A stretch of 64,000 bases of DNA from Eledone cirrhosa (taxonomy: Eukaryota): NCBI GenBank assembly GCA_964016885.1, contig OZ024753.1, positions 34,410,001 to 34,474,000 on the forward strand. Reading direction: 5' to 3'. Shown piece after piece: positions 14,902 to 28,712 of the stretch. The position numbers were made by a program, and so were the translations under genes. The notes beneath the pieces were generated by a model. The model was not told the origin of the DNA. It worked only from the letters and a program-made list of their open reading frames with translations, and ran no database searches. Positions within the stretch are counted from its first letter, which is position 1, and every line of letters begins with the position of its first letter.

Positions 14902-15450
14902 TGTATGTATGAATGAATGCATGCATATATATATATGCATATATGTATGTATGAATGCATGCATGCATATATATATATATGTATGCATATATATATGTAT
15001 GCATATATGTATGTATGCATGCATATATAAATGTATGTCTATATGCATGTATGTATGCATACATGCATGTATGTATGTATGTATACATGCATGCATGTAT
15101 GTATGTATACATGTATGCATGTGTGTATGTATACATCTATGTATATATGTATGTATTTGTACATGCCTGTATGTGTGTATGTATGTATGTATGTGTACAT
15201 GCCTGCATTTATGTATGTATGTGCACATGCAGGTGTGTATGCATCTATGTTTATACGTCAGTCCGTATCTGTAAGAATTTATGAATCGATACATCTGCCA
15301 CGGTGTATGTATGTTTGTACACACATACATATCCTTGTACACACATACATATCCTTACACACACAAACACACACACACACAGATATATTACACTGAAAAA
15401 TAGAGCTTACAACTGATGTAATATGTTTTTTGTGTTGGCACATTTAGGTA

Positions 15451-15493
<43 letters not shown>

Positions 15494-15756
15494 TATGTAA
15501 GTATGTATATGATACTGCGTGTGTATATGTGTGTGTAGAAGCGCGCAGCGGGGTGGATGTGCACGGAAAAAATGCTTTCATGCAGATGCATACAGATGCA
15601 TGCAAGTGTAGCTTACACGAAGATATATGTTCATAAATACGTAAATGGAAGGAATGGATTGTGTGACGTTTATTGATAGTTTTAATAAGATGAACTTAAA
15701 TGATTGTAAATATATAAGATTATATAGTGCACATTTATATGTAAATAGATATGTTT

Positions 15757-15799
<43 letters not shown>

Positions 15800-16296
15800 A
15801 ATATGATAATAATGATGGCTGCCCGTTGCAAATGGTGGTGCATATGAAAAAGTGAGTCCTTCATCAGTGACCCTCCAACCGTCCCAGGCATTTCATCGCT
15901 TTAAGGGCCATATGCCTCAGGTTGGTGCGAACAACGGCTAAAAAAAGTCGTTGGGACACGTAAATAAAGGGGACGTTAGGGTAACAAACAAAATGGTTTA
16001 AACAACGGAAAGTGAGAAGAAATAGACAAGTCCCAGATCTCTATGAATATAAACTCGGTGAAATCGTGAACAAGAGACAAAAGACCATCAAACCTGGTTG
16101 AAATGTGAGGAAGGAAGGAATTTCGCACAAGTCTAACGGGGGGGGGGGGAGAGGAGGAGGAGGAGGAGGAGGAGAAGGAGAAGGAGAAGAAGAAGGGGTC
16201 TGGTCTACGAATTCGGTAAACATAAGTTTTGTGAAGTCGCAGACGAAAGAGAGAGAGAAAAAAAAATTCCATACCAGATATATATATATATATATA

Positions 16297-16503
16297 TAAC
16301 GAAGGAAATGTGGTAAGGAACCAGGTGGACCATAACGCACCAAAGTACTCAATACTTGAGGTAGTAGAGTGGGTAATAGGAACCAGTAAGACCCCGACAG
16401 CTGAGCTCAAGCCGTTTCGACGGCTAATTCTGGACTAAAATCAGTTTTTAGTCCAGAATTAGCCGTCGAAACGGCTTGAGCTCAGCTGTCGGGGTCTTAC
16501 TGG

Positions 16504-16507
<4 letters not shown>
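16297..16507. mobile_element. Palindromic 'GGAACC' family element in (TA)n
   Basis: Inverted arms meet at ~16443; HHR 3' half GAAAC...GTC on each arm. Confidence 0.75.
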
Positions 16508-16546
<39 letters not shown>

Positions 16547-16671
16547 GTAGAACACTGGAAGGTAATATCCGTAGTGGTAGAGCACTCAGTCCAAATACTT
16601 GTCGAGTGCTTTTATATTATATCAGTTATAAATATTTACTAGTTGTAACCCAACAATTTAAATATAACTTT

Positions 16672-16706
<35 letters not shown>

Positions 16707-17058
16707 AAAGTTATATATAAATTGGTGGGTTACAACAAGCTTAAAAGTTATATAATCGTTCTTCCTTAACTTTTTTCACTATAATTTTTCTTTCTTTCTC
16801 CCTTTTTTTCTTCTTTCTCCCTTCTTTCTTCTCTCTTTTTTCTTCTCTCTCTCTTGCTCTCTGTTTTTTCCCCTCTCTTCTTCCAACAGTATAATTTAAA
16901 TAAACCGTTGTTTTTCAACTCTTTCTGACATTCATTTGCATACTCACACATAACTTTGAATTACCCTAAATAAAATTTTTTTCCCACTATCCAGAGTCCC
17001 TCCAACCGTCAAGGTTGTTTTTCTGCGGGTATGTCAACATTTATAAAACAAATTTTGT

Positions 17059-17122
17059 ATTTTATCTGATGAAAGCGCACTAAAATTTGCCTTGGTTGCC
17101 CTTGAAATATATATAATAAAAT
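17059..17122 (+). ncRNA. Type I hammerhead ribozyme motif
   Basis: ATTTTAT-CTGATGA-stem II-GAAA-TATATA-TA-ATAAAAT with a 7-bp stem I; homolog at ~56492-56554 with CTGAAGA core. Confidence 0.7.
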
Positions 17123-17154
17123 AATTATGGTTTTATAAATATATTTTCCATTTA

Positions 17155-17208
<54 letters not shown>

Positions 17209-17250
17209 AAAATAAATAAGTCAAATATTTAAAATTTGGCTTTGTTTATT

Positions 17251-17424
17251 ACTGCTATATATATTTCGGTGACGACCATCTTTGGCTGTGACCTCTTCAG
17301 GCAGTCCGAATTGGCGTGGTAGAGACGAGTACACATGTTGTTATATTTCGGTGACAGCCATCTTTGGCTGTGACTTCTTCAGGCAGTCCGAATTGGTGTG
17401 GTAGAGACGGGTACACATGTTGTT
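17251..17424 (-). ncRNA. Two tandem 82-bp units each carrying a type I HHR core
   Basis: ACTGC-CTGAAGA-GGTCACAGCC(AAAGAT)GGTCGTCACC-GAAA-TATATA-TA-GCAGT at 17251-17305; second core at ~17342-17387 lacks the matching stem I 3' strand. Confidence 0.75.
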
Positions 17425-17699
17425 GAGGTGTTTAACTCCGTCAATACTCCGATATGCCCAGTTCCTGGTTGGGTTGTTATTTCTCTGAGGAACTGGAATC
17501 ATATGAATTCGAACAAACGAATTTCAGCACACCCCCACCCACGGTGTTCGGGAGGGGGCGAACGCTAACAATACAGGCAGAATGGAAACAACTAAGCACC
17601 ATGAGCCCGACACCACCATATGGTCGAGGGGGACGAGTACGCATAACCATGGGAGGAAACCCAATACGAGTAGCGGTCTCAGGGTGATACTAACCACCC

Positions 17700-18740
17700 C
17701 GGGCCCGACGCCCCCAACCGTAAGACACGTGGTGGGGGTGACGGGGTACCATCCCATTGTAGAGCTCCCAGCGCGGGCAACAACCACCCCACAGATTCGG
17801 GCCGAGAAGGTAGCAAAACACATAGCGCCCAAAGGGGAAGCAACAATGCGGGAACCACTAACAACCCAACAACTCCCCAACAGCCCACGGCACGCTCAAC
17901 CAACCCACATAGGAGTAGACGCAGAAAAATCACGTGGTACAACCCACCCTACTCAGCGGCCCTAAAGAACAGGTTGGCCCGCTAATTATTTAGAGCACTA
18001 GATAAATGCTTCTCGAGGGACCATAGATACCACAAGATCTTCAACAGACACACTGTGAAGCTCTCGTATTCTACCACGAGAAATGTGGCCCAACACATAG
18101 CTAGCATCAACAGGAGTAGACTTAAAAAACACACACAACCAGAAGCTGGCAACATAAGCACCCAGCAGAACCATGTGGAAGGAAAGAAGGGTGGACCCAG
18201 TGCCCACCCTGGAAACCCAAACAGACCCAGGGAACCCCCACTGGGCCTGGGGGAAGACCACCACATAACACGTAACGGGAACCCCACACTAGGCACGCGG
18301 AGGTCGACCACCTCCTGCAACTGCAGAACCCCGAATTATGCCCCCTTAGTAATGAATGCCTTAGGAAGAACCTAATATACGGATGTAGAGTAAAAACCCC
18401 CAACTCTCAACACCTTTACATAGGAGCCACATCAACGAGCTTTAAAGACCGATGGTATAACCATCGCCATTCCTTCAATAGGGAGGACAAAAGGAAAAGT
18501 ACAGCTCTTTCCGAACTGATCTGGAAGCTGAAGCTGGACAGGACCCCGTACTCTCTGGCCTGGTCCATAATCAGGAAAGTACCACCTGATAAAGGGGGAT
18601 CTGGCATCTGCAAACTATGTCTGAGCGAGACCCTCGAGATACTAAGAGGTGGAAGCAGCCTGATAAACCTCAGGTCTGACTTCTACGGGACATGTAGACA
18701 CTTCAGGGCCGGGACATTCCTCAAGCTATATGGACAGTAA
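17700..18740 (+). pseudogene. Penelope-like element (Neptune-type) C-terminal region with GIY-YIG endonuclease; stop codon and frameshift; RT absent
   Basis: Manual translation: RRRKITWYNPPYS...*LFRALDKCFSRDHRYHKIFNRHTVKLSYS...SCNCR/(frameshift)CPLSNECLRKNLIYGC...LYIGATSTSFKDRWYNHRHSF...TALSELIW...CKLCLSE...LINLRSDFYGTCRH...* (stop at 18740). Confidence 0.9.
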
Positions 18741-18880
18741 CAACACATTAGGTTGGGAACTCCCCTCAAACTATAGGGACCCCTCCAGGACATGCAGACA
18801 CCTCAGGGCCGAGACCTTCCTCAAGCTATATGGACAATAACAAAACATTGGGATGGGAACTTCCCTCTAGCTCTAAGGAC
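18689..18880 (+). repeat. Two diverged ~100-bp tandem copies spanning the PLE stop codon
   Basis: gacatg(t/c)agacac..cagggccg..ac.ttcctcaagctatatggaca.taacaa.acatt.g..tgggaact occurs twice. Confidence 0.8.
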
Positions 18881-19979
18881 AGCAGCCCCACAATACCCCT
18901 GCCTCGATCGACTCCTATGACAACACATACTTATGCATATGTCCATACATAGATACTGTTATTTAAGATTGTACATGTACAAATACTTACATGTGTGTGT
19001 GCGGGTGGGTGTGTGTGTGTGCGGGTGGGTGTGGGTGCGTGTGCATGTGTGTGCGTGTGCGTGTGTGTGTGTGTGTACGTGTGTGTACGTGTGTGTAATG
19101 TGTGTGTGTGTGGGGGGGGGGGGGCTTAGGGGATGCACCTGGGCCTGTGCCTGTGCGTGTCTGCTTCGAACGATGTGAGTTGACATACACGCATATGAGT
19201 TCTATGCCAAAATGGGAACTGTAGTCCTCTGCTTTTCCGGATTTTAACACTCGGGTTCTGGGGTTCTACACTCCACCCTTGTCTCATTTGCTCTTAAAAC
19301 GCACCACACCATGATAGTGTAAAGATTTTACTTTATCTTATTTCTTCATCTGCTTGGAACTCAAAATGGCAAGGGCCGTAACTCTATGCGTCAAAGCATG
19401 GTGTCCGACCCTCTACCGGTACTGCCAATCCACCGCCCTTGCCAATATCATTTGATATTTAATATACTATTATATCATCTCTACCGCCTCTCCACCACCG
19501 CTTAGGCCCCAGAGGCCCCCCCCCCGTAATTCTCAACGCACCCCCATCACTGGGGCGATAGGGCCCACTTTCAGAACCTCTAATGTAAGGGAAAGCACTA
19601 ATATTCGACATTGTATTCCAGGGGTATCTATTCAACATATTTACAGAGACCAGCTGACTCTGGAGGAGTAGGACGGGTGGTAGATGTCTAGAAGGATCTG
19701 TTTCTGTTGACGACAAAGATTATCATTTCAATTTCCTGCTCAGTGATATCACATGTTGTTGAAGTAACGTCTGAACCAATATCATCCACTACGAACTAAC
19801 TTGCTCTCAAACACAGCTTTCATTTTTTATTTATCATATCAGCTTTGTCTGTCTCTCATATTCACTTTATCTGTCCCCACCTCTCTGGGTGTCGCCCAAA
19901 AATGTTTACTCACTTCCAAAGCATTCTAATAAATATTGCCTGTATAGGCAATCAAAGTGTGTACCCATGTTTTGGGGAC

Positions 19980-20017
<38 letters not shown>

Positions 20018-20020
<3 letters not shown>

Positions 20021-20231
20021 CAAGAGATTTCAACATGAATGGACCTGTTATTTTCTAAAGATATTTTTTTACTATTCCACCCCGCCCGTCCCTTCAATCT
20101 ATCTTATTCCTCATTCTTCTGGTGAAGGACTAGCGTCCGAAACGTTAAGACCCCTTTCTGCTATTTCAGGCGTTAACCCAATATATTCCTTCTATATACT
20201 GTACTGATTGTATTGTTATTTCTGTTTACCT

Positions 20232-20236
<5 letters not shown>
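20018..20236 (+). mobile_element. Small HHR-bearing element between (TA)n tracts (inverted paralog at 5141-5362)
   Basis: HHR-like motif at 20115-20150; (TA)n on both sides. Confidence 0.65.
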
Positions 20237-20292
<56 letters not shown>

Positions 20293-20650
20293 TAACAAAT
20301 TAAAGTTTAAGCAAAGAATCGGTGCTTTCACCCTTAACGGGATCTTCTGAAACTAAAGAAATCAATCTGTGAACGCAGAAGTAAATATTTCGAAAAATCT
20401 TGCAACCGAAGGAAAACAGGAAGACGATACTTTAGTTCGTGGAGACGTTCCCTGGCAATGAACGGAACAAATCGAAGATAATACGTAATTATGTGGAGCG
20501 TAGAGAACAATTACACGCAAGGACAAAACCACGTTTATGGTATAAATGAAGTCGAAGACTCATATTCTATTTAGGAAACCGAATGATTCTCAGCTTCAGA
20601 GTTAAGAATAATGTAAATAAATTACAGAGTTTATCGAAATCAACAATAAT

Positions 20651-20686
<36 letters not shown>

Positions 20687-20687
<1 letters not shown>

Positions 20688-21105
20688 TAGCAGAGGTACC
20701 CGGCGTTGTTCGGGTATTAAATAGTAGTTATGTATACCATTTATGTCAATACTTCAGTGCTGCTTCGAAAACTATATTTTCACAAAATCATCGGCTTTTT
20801 CCAAAAGGGGGTTCCTCAATATGTGCCAATTCTGAGAGTTCACATTTATCTGTAGAACAAACGTAGCCCATGTGTCAGTTTTGTGAAAATCGGTTGCGAA
20901 CTCCCGAAGTTATGACGTTTTGTTGCATTGCACTGCAATGCTTCAGTCGACTCCAAGGAAGTGGTTAAAGGGGGTTATCTGCGGGAGGCCCTATAATCAA
21001 TATCTGGAAAAAAGAAAGTGCCCATGACCAAACGGAGTACATAAGTAACCCTATGTCTTAAGTTTGGTGAAAATACTGTAGAAATGCATAAGATTTACAC
21101 ACCCG
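20687..21105 (-). mobile_element. Non-autonomous Helitron-like element, 3' end at 20687-20715
   Basis: Minus strand ACCCGAACAACGCCGGGT hairpin followed by CTAG|T in (TA)n; internal aagtttggtgaaaat and ttttgtgaaaatcggt motifs. Confidence 0.6.
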
Positions 21106-21593
21106 TGTGTGTGTGTGTGTGTGTGTGCGTGCGTGTGCGTGTGCGTGTGCGTGTGCGTGTGCGTGTGTGTATGTATGTCCGTCGGCGCATACGTATGTAC
21201 TGGCCTAAATCTTCACTAATTACTTTTACTATTTTTATAACCTCTGCCATTTTCGTTTTCAATTTTATTTACATCATTCTTAAGCTCCGGGGCTGGAAAT
21301 CATTCGGTTATTTTAAATAGAACATTAGTCTAACGACTCCATTTATACCATAAACTTGGTCTTGTCTTTCCATTGTTCTTCTCGGTCCACATAACGACGT
21401 ATTATCCTCGCTTTTTTTTTCGTTCATTACCAGGGAACGTCTTCACGAACCAAAATATAGTCTCCCTGTGTTCCTTTGATTGCAACGTTTCTCAAAATAT
21501 TTACTTCTGCGTTCACAGATTAAATTTTTTAGTTTCAGAAGACCCCCTTAATGTTGAAAGCGATTCTTTGCTTAAACTTTAATCTGTTCTTAT

Positions 21594-21641
<48 letters not shown>

Positions 21642-21813
21642 TATTTTAACTTTAATTATATCTCATAAAATAATACAACTGGCTTTCCACAAAATACATA
21701 TAGTTAGCACCCCAAACACTTAAATTGGGTTTATACTAACATATAACCTAATGTTTGTTGAGTGAGATGGTTACCAGTCAGAGTTTAGCTTTAAGCTATC
21801 TCTATTATTGTAT

Positions 21814-22009
<196 letters not shown>

Positions 22010-22301
22010 TGCTTTGTACGGCTTTTGGAGGAAGGAGTGACCAGCAGTACGTTGTTCGGTATTATTACGAAAAGGTGTAGCAGAGAATCCCGCATGAACT
22101 AACAGCTCGGGAGGAAACTGCTTACCTCGAACATTCATTCGCCATCGTTCTTGTCAACGCTCCGTTCACTTGGTATTTGTTGGTCTACAGTTAGATGAAT
22201 GGTGCACAAAGGGTTAATGTTTATTGGCAAGAAGTTTTTTGAATAATAAAAGAAGGGTTAAAGTGACCTACAATGTATCTGTGTGTATGTATGTATATAT
22301 C

Positions 22302-22335
<34 letters not shown>

Positions 22336-22340
22336 AATAC

Positions 22341-22374
<34 letters not shown>

Positions 22375-22545
22375 ATGCATATATATATATGTGTGTGTGT
22401 GTATATACATATATTTTTATGTGTATATTTATATATGTGTATATGTTATTGTATATGTATATATATATATATATACTGTATATATATATGTGTGTATATA
22501 TATGTGTGTATATGTATATATGTATATATATATATGTGTGTGTGT

Positions 22546-22636
<91 letters not shown>

Positions 22637-22685
22637 TAGCGAAGATAATACGTCAGCAATGACGTGTTCGTCAGAATGTCGTTAT

Positions 22686-22859
22686 GCAGACAGCCAGACA
22701 TACAGACAGATATTATAAGGGCTCGACCCCTTTAACAACAGAAAATTGAAAAATAAAAGCTGCAGTTAGTAGTATCTGTAGACTGCAAGGAATACATAAA
22801 TGCAAGTTTGAAGTCAATCCGAGTAGAAATGTGGATTTGTATAGACTTTGCAAAAATGA

Positions 22860-22900
<41 letters not shown>

Positions 22901-22924
22901 ACAACAGTTTTATATATATATAGA
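22686..22924 (-). mobile_element. Helitron-like 5' terminal segment
   Basis: Minus strand begins A|TCTATATATATATAAAA followed by a subterminal (TG)n, a layout typical of non-autonomous Helitrons. Confidence 0.5.
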
Positions 22925-23138
22925 TATATATATAATTAGCTGAGACCGCAAGCTACTGCTCTTCACTTTCTGATTGCTTTGTTTCGCCACAGCTGCCATC
23001 TAACGAAACATCTACATATAGAAACTGATGATATAATGACTTTGCCTTTCATCCTTACGGGGTCGATAAAATAAAGTACCAGTAATGCACTGGGTAATTG
23101 CTGGCCTTGTGCCTAAAGTAGAAACAATTAATTAAAAT

Positions 23139-23390
23139 ATATTGTTATACTTTGGGAGGGTCATGTTGCCAATAAGAAACACACGCACCAGTTGCTTTCA
23201 CTCCAATTTATTATAAATTAAATTTATAAATTTCTTAAATTTATAAATTTAATTTATAATAAATTGGAATGAAAGCAACTGGTGCGTGTGTTTCTTATTG
23301 GCAACATGACCCTCCCAAAGTATAACAATATCGGTTTCAACACACGTTTTCAGAGAAAGAATCTTGCTAAACAAATTCAGAAAGGAAATT
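23139..23390. mobile_element. Palindromic PLE-like small element (family 'TTGGGAGGG') with an asymmetric 3' extension
   Basis: ~95-bp inverted arms centred at ~23233; same family at 59762-60163, which retains an HHR. Confidence 0.75.
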
Positions 23391-23491
23391 AAAATATAAA
23401 TATGTATCTATGTAATTGTCACTGGGTACTTAATACTTTGAATTAGAGAACTCAAATAATCTGTTTTAATGATATATCAACTTAAACAAAA

Positions 23492-23651
23492 TAATTGTTT
23501 CTACTTTTGGCTCAAGGCCAGCTATGACCCCAGTGTATTACTGCTACTTTATTTTATCGACCTAGGCTGGATTTGAACTCAGAATGGAAAGGGCCGTAAC
23601 TCTATGCGTTAAAGCATGGCGTCCGACTCTTTACGGATTCTGCCAATCCAC
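23492..23651 (-). mobile_element. tRNA-derived SINE
   Basis: Family match with a deletion. Confidence 0.8.
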
Positions 23652-23970
23652 AAAATATTAATGTGTACAAACAAACGTATTTCTACGAAGCGTTGAGTGA
23701 ATTATGAATTTTGAATGTATGTTAATTGCTTTAACACAGATCTTGTAAGTACGGTACTTCCTTTATAGATCCGGGAAGGTCGAAAGGGAACTCAGAACGT
23801 AGAGACGCGGAAGAAATGTCCAGCATTCTAAGGAATCTGTCAGATCAACCGCCAGGATGATTTTGTAGTAGTATTTCAGTATACACAAATTAACATAGGT
23901 ACCCGTTTTTAAACAAAAACTCAGTGGGTCATATATGTATGTATCTATGTCTATATGTATATATGTATGT

Positions 23971-24713
23971 GAAGGACCCTAGCCTTTGTCAGGGCATTCT
24001 TCTAGGAGAAGGCAACTCAGGAAACTGGGATAACTCCGATATAAAACCTGCGGCTCAGTAGTTACCAATGATTTTGATCTGTTCTTCTTTTCGGGTTATA
24101 GCTACTGTCGCTCAGAGAGTGGGATTGGCTCTGTGCACAGTCTTTCCTCACTTTCAAAAAAATCTTAACGCACAGGTATTGCACGATAGAATTAATTAAT
24201 AATTATTAATAATGGTACATCGTGCAATGGCCATACTCGATAACGAAGGGGTAGCCATCATATATGCATGTACGTATATATGCATATATGTACGTATATA
24301 TGTATGGATGTATGTATGCATATATTTGTGTATGTATGTATGTATGTAAATATATATGTATGTATATATGTTTGTGTATGTACGTTTGTATATATGCATA
24401 TGTCTGTGTACGTATGTATGTATTTGTGTGTGTATGTATATGTATGTATGTATATGTATGTATGTATGCCTTTGCTCACTATAAAAGCTTCACGGCACAG
24501 GCATTGTTTTATATCTGGAGATCTCTCTGCACTTGTCACATGGTACCATGGGCCCAGCACTATGTGTCAATAATTGTCACAAGTGTAGTGTTTGTACCAG
24601 AGTTTTCAAGTCGCTGGCTGGACTAAAAAGTCACACTCGTTCAGCGCATTGGTAGGGGTTCTCCTACATGCATATAAAGTAGTGGCGGTACTCGAAAACG
24701 AGTTGGCAGCCAC
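23971..24713 (+). mobile_element. Two RTE-derived non-autonomous elements separated by (TATG)n
   Basis: Homologous to 13850-14255 and 14656-14901; C2H2 remnant HKCSVCTRVFKSLAGLKSHTRSAHW* at 24578-24655. Confidence 0.7.
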
Positions 24714-25099
24714 CATATATATATATGTATGTATACATGAACACAGCTCTTAATAAAAGAAATAATTTTCGTCTATTGTTCTTTGTTCCATGATAAATGG
24801 ATAGGTAATTATTTTTTCTTGAGACGTAAATGGAAGACTTTTGCGTGTCAAATTCACAACGATTCGACTGCGGCTCATAAAAAGTACAACCTGAATTCTG
24901 TTATTTAGCCAAGCATGAGGAATATGATAAAACTGAATGTAAAATGCGTTTATCAATGGTAACGTTTGTATAAGTGCCAACAGAAATCTATTTCCTTCAA
25001 AAGAAATATCAATGAATTACTAAGCAAGTTACGAAATATGTGAGCGATGTAAAAAGACACATTAAAGGTGAATTTTTAAAAGAATGTATAGTTATTATT

Positions 25100-25585
25100 A
25101 GACAGCGAATTGGAGTTAGAACGTCGTTAGAACGTCAGATAGAATGTTTGCGGCATTCGTTCAGGCATTCTGCATTCTGAATTCAAATTTCGTCGAGGTT
25201 AATTTTACCTTTTATCCTTTCGACGTCGATAAAATGTTGTACCAGTGCAGTACTAGGGTCGATTCTTTCTCTATATCTCTTTCTCACGTCCTCGCTCTCA
25301 GATTCTTTCCTTTTATAAAAATCATTGGCTGTGTTCAGACTTTAATGTTCCCATGACACAGTGTATACCATCACAACACTTCTAATCCTCCGCCAGGACT
25401 TAAGGGTTTATACATACATACATATATATATTCATAGAGGCGGCGAATTGGCAGAATCGTTAGAACGTCGGATAGAATGCTTTATAGTATTCATTCCGGC
25501 TCACGGCTCCCTGCGTTCAAATCCCGCCGGGGGTTAACTTTGCCGTTCATCCTTTTAAGGTCGATAAAAAAAGTACCAGCTTAGT
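25100..25585 (+). mobile_element. Two older, diverged SINE copies (25100-25260 and 25438-25585)
   Basis: tggcagaatcgttag A box, gttcaaatcc B box, Nin/Deu core. Confidence 0.75.
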
Positions 25586-27029
25586 AATGAGGTGAATTCG
25601 TCTTCTATATCTCTCACATTTTCTATCTTTCTCTGCTGTACTCAGGCCTGGAGAGGGATGGGCTGCGCCAGGCTTAATTTGCTCTACGGCGCCCTACGAG
25701 TCTATCATGAGTTACGAGACCATACATATACACATATACATAAATACATAGTTATTATTGCAATAATATTATCTCTATAAAAAATGTCAGATTGATTGAG
25801 TTTATAAGTTTAGCCCGAAGGAATATTTTGATTGAATAAAACACGAACGCTAACGAAATATATTTGAAACAAGCAGCATTAATATCTATGTTTTATTTCA
25901 TAGTTGTTATAAATGAGATCACGTATATAGTAAATCTTGTACAGTTAGCTTACATTTGTACACAAAATAATGGTAAAATTTACAATACGGAAGATATTTT
26001 TTTCAATTACATTTTATATTGCAAATTGATGACTAGTTTTCAACGGGTTAATTACTGTCTTTCTGTATATCTGAAAGCGATAATAAAGAGGGAATGTCAC
26101 AGGTTTTTCTATTTCTTTTTACTTTGATATTTATTCTTCCTTCGTCAATGTCCGTCGGCAAAATATACGAGACCGTTCCACGCAATTCTACTCATACGGT
26201 ATTTATTAGTCAATTCGAATCTATGGTAAAAGACACTTGCTTGAAATGTCAGGTATTGTGATCAATATATTGTCTGCCAGAGCCGAACATTTTTTTCTAA
26301 GATCAATTCAGCAATAAGTGGTTTTAATTTACTCTAGGAAATAAACTTAGTGATATAGTTACAGTATCTTTTGTTGGATACCATAGAGGGCTTATTGCTC
26401 TAAATAACAAAGAATTACAGAACCGTCAACTAGAATATAATATCTTAATAGTCTTGGTATCTCATATATACTAAAATTACCAGTTATCTTCATCATCGCC
26501 GTTTAACGTCCACCTTCCACGCTAGCATGGGTTAGGCGGGTTCCATTTGAGGCAGGTTGAGTCAGGTGACGGTATCCTGCTCATACAGAACTGTTTCTGG
26601 CTAGATTTCTACAGCTGGATGCCCTTCCTAATGTCAACCACATTTACAGTATGTGCTGGGTGTTTTGTGATTCGATAAATTAACGGTTTGCATAAGAGAA
26701 ACCGTATAGTTTATGTTGATTACTGATACGTGGCAGGCATTAAGGACAGATAAGAATCGTATTTTAATAATTTATTTCTAAGACAAAAATGTTTAGCATA
26801 TCTGCACAAACGATACAGAGGGTTAAATGTTTTAGTACATGGAGAAAGGCACTATTTACAGGGACAAATGTAGGGTTAAACCTAGAATTTTTTGATTGAG
26901 AAGCGAACCTATTGTAGCAACATCACAGATAGGAAATGCCTTGTTTGTATGTAAATTTTAAAGAGTTACAGACGGATAAATATATATATATATAATGCTT
27001 TGTTTGTATGTAAATTTTAAAGAGTTACA

Positions 27030-27087
<58 letters not shown>

Positions 27088-27254
27088 GCCTTGTTTGTAT
27101 GTGAATTTTAAAGAGTCACACACACACACACACACACGCACGCACACACAAAACAGGTGGTGTATTATTATGGTTGATATTCATATTCTCTAAGACTGAA
27201 TGTAATGATGAAATGGATAAAACATTCAACTAACTTCAAAAAAACGATGAGTAA

Positions 27255-27500
27255 TTCAGGAAAAGAAATATCGAAGGATCTCGAAGCTGAACAGTGACTT
27301 ACTGAACCACTGCGACATTCGCTGCCTAAGTAATAGTTGCAAGCTCTAGTGTTTCAATTATCTGGAAGAACCAGTGAAAATGTTCGTGGTTGTTAAAGAG
27401 ATTCCGATTATGAAATTAGAGCACCAGAAATACTTGTGGGAACTGTCAGATTTAATTGATATTACTAGTCACAGAAATTATCTAAATTTCAGAAGTTGCA
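27255..27500 (+). pseudogene. Decayed hAT (Charlie/Buster/SPIN-type) transposase fragment
   Basis: From 27296: DLLNHCDIRCLSNSCKL*CFNYLEEPVKMFVVVKEIPIMKLEHQKYLWELSDLIDITSHRNYLNF, which aligns by eye to the DLLYHTEVRWLS...WLCDLAFLVDITxHLNxLN block. Confidence 0.65.
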
Positions 27501-27689
27501 TCTCTGCTTGCCAAATACAATAAGTTTGAAAAAATATTGCAATTGTTCATAATTAAAATGAAAAAAAAATAGAATTCCTGCATGGTATATTTTCTTGCCT
27601 TAAAATAACACCAACCAAAGTCGATAGAGGAGATTGTTTTCTATCTTTTGGATCAATTTCATACGAGGTCGCAAGGTTTACAAAATCAC

Positions 27690-28712
27690 GATTTCTTATA
27701 TTGGCACAAGGCCAGCAATTTTGGGGAAGGAGAAAGTCGATTAAATCGACCCCAGTGCGTGACTGGGTACTTTATTTTATCGACCCCGTAAGGATGAAAG
27801 CCAAAGTTAACCTCGGTGGGATTTGAACTCAGAACGTAAAGGACCGTAACTCTATGCTGCAAAGTATGGTGTCCGGCTCTCTACCGCTACTGCCAATCCA
27901 CAGACCTTACGAGATCAAATAATGAACACGCTAAAAACCTGTTCGTGTGATGAGGTTAATCATTCTTTAAAACTAGATTTAATATATTTTCAATTGGATA
28001 ACACTTTGATATCCAAAGTTAATAGTCTATATATTTAGGAATCTTATACAACCTGTATAGATATTGAAAAATATCACACGGAAATTTCAATCACTGTTTT
28101 TCTATCACATGACGATGTGAAGAGTTTTTTCATTATTATCTTTAACCGACAACCACCTGCGTACTAAACTTATAGATATTAATATAATCTTACAAACCAA
28201 CTAAAAACTGCCAATCAACTTTCTCATTAAGATGCAACGTAAAACTTAATATGTACCATCTTTGGTGTTTCAATAATTGTTTCTACTTTTGGCACAAGGC
28301 CAGTAATTATCCCAGTGCATTACTGGTACTTTATTTTATCGACCCTATAAGGATGAAAGGCAAAGTTAACCTCGGCGGGATTTGAACTAGGACCGCAAAG
28401 GGCCGTAACTCTATTCACGGCGTCCGACCCTCTACTAATACTGCCAATCCGCCGCCGTTTGGTGTTTCAATAATGAAAGTATCATAAGTATTTTTAGTTA
28501 ATCCAGCTTTTATAGAATTTTAAATAATTGTTTCTACTTTTGGCACAAGGCCAGCAATTATCCCAGTGCATTACTGGTACTTTATTTTATCGACCCGGTA
28601 AGGATGAAAGGCAAAGTTAACCTCGGCGTGATTTGAACTCAGAATGGCAAGGGCCGTAATTCTATGCTACAAAGCATAGCGTCCGACCCTCTACCGATAC
28701 TGCCAATCCACC
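27690..28712 (-). mobile_element. Three SINE copies (27690-27900, 28274-28456, 28526-28712)
   Basis: Family match; TSDs tttggtgtttcaataat and atagaattttaaataat. Confidence 0.88.
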
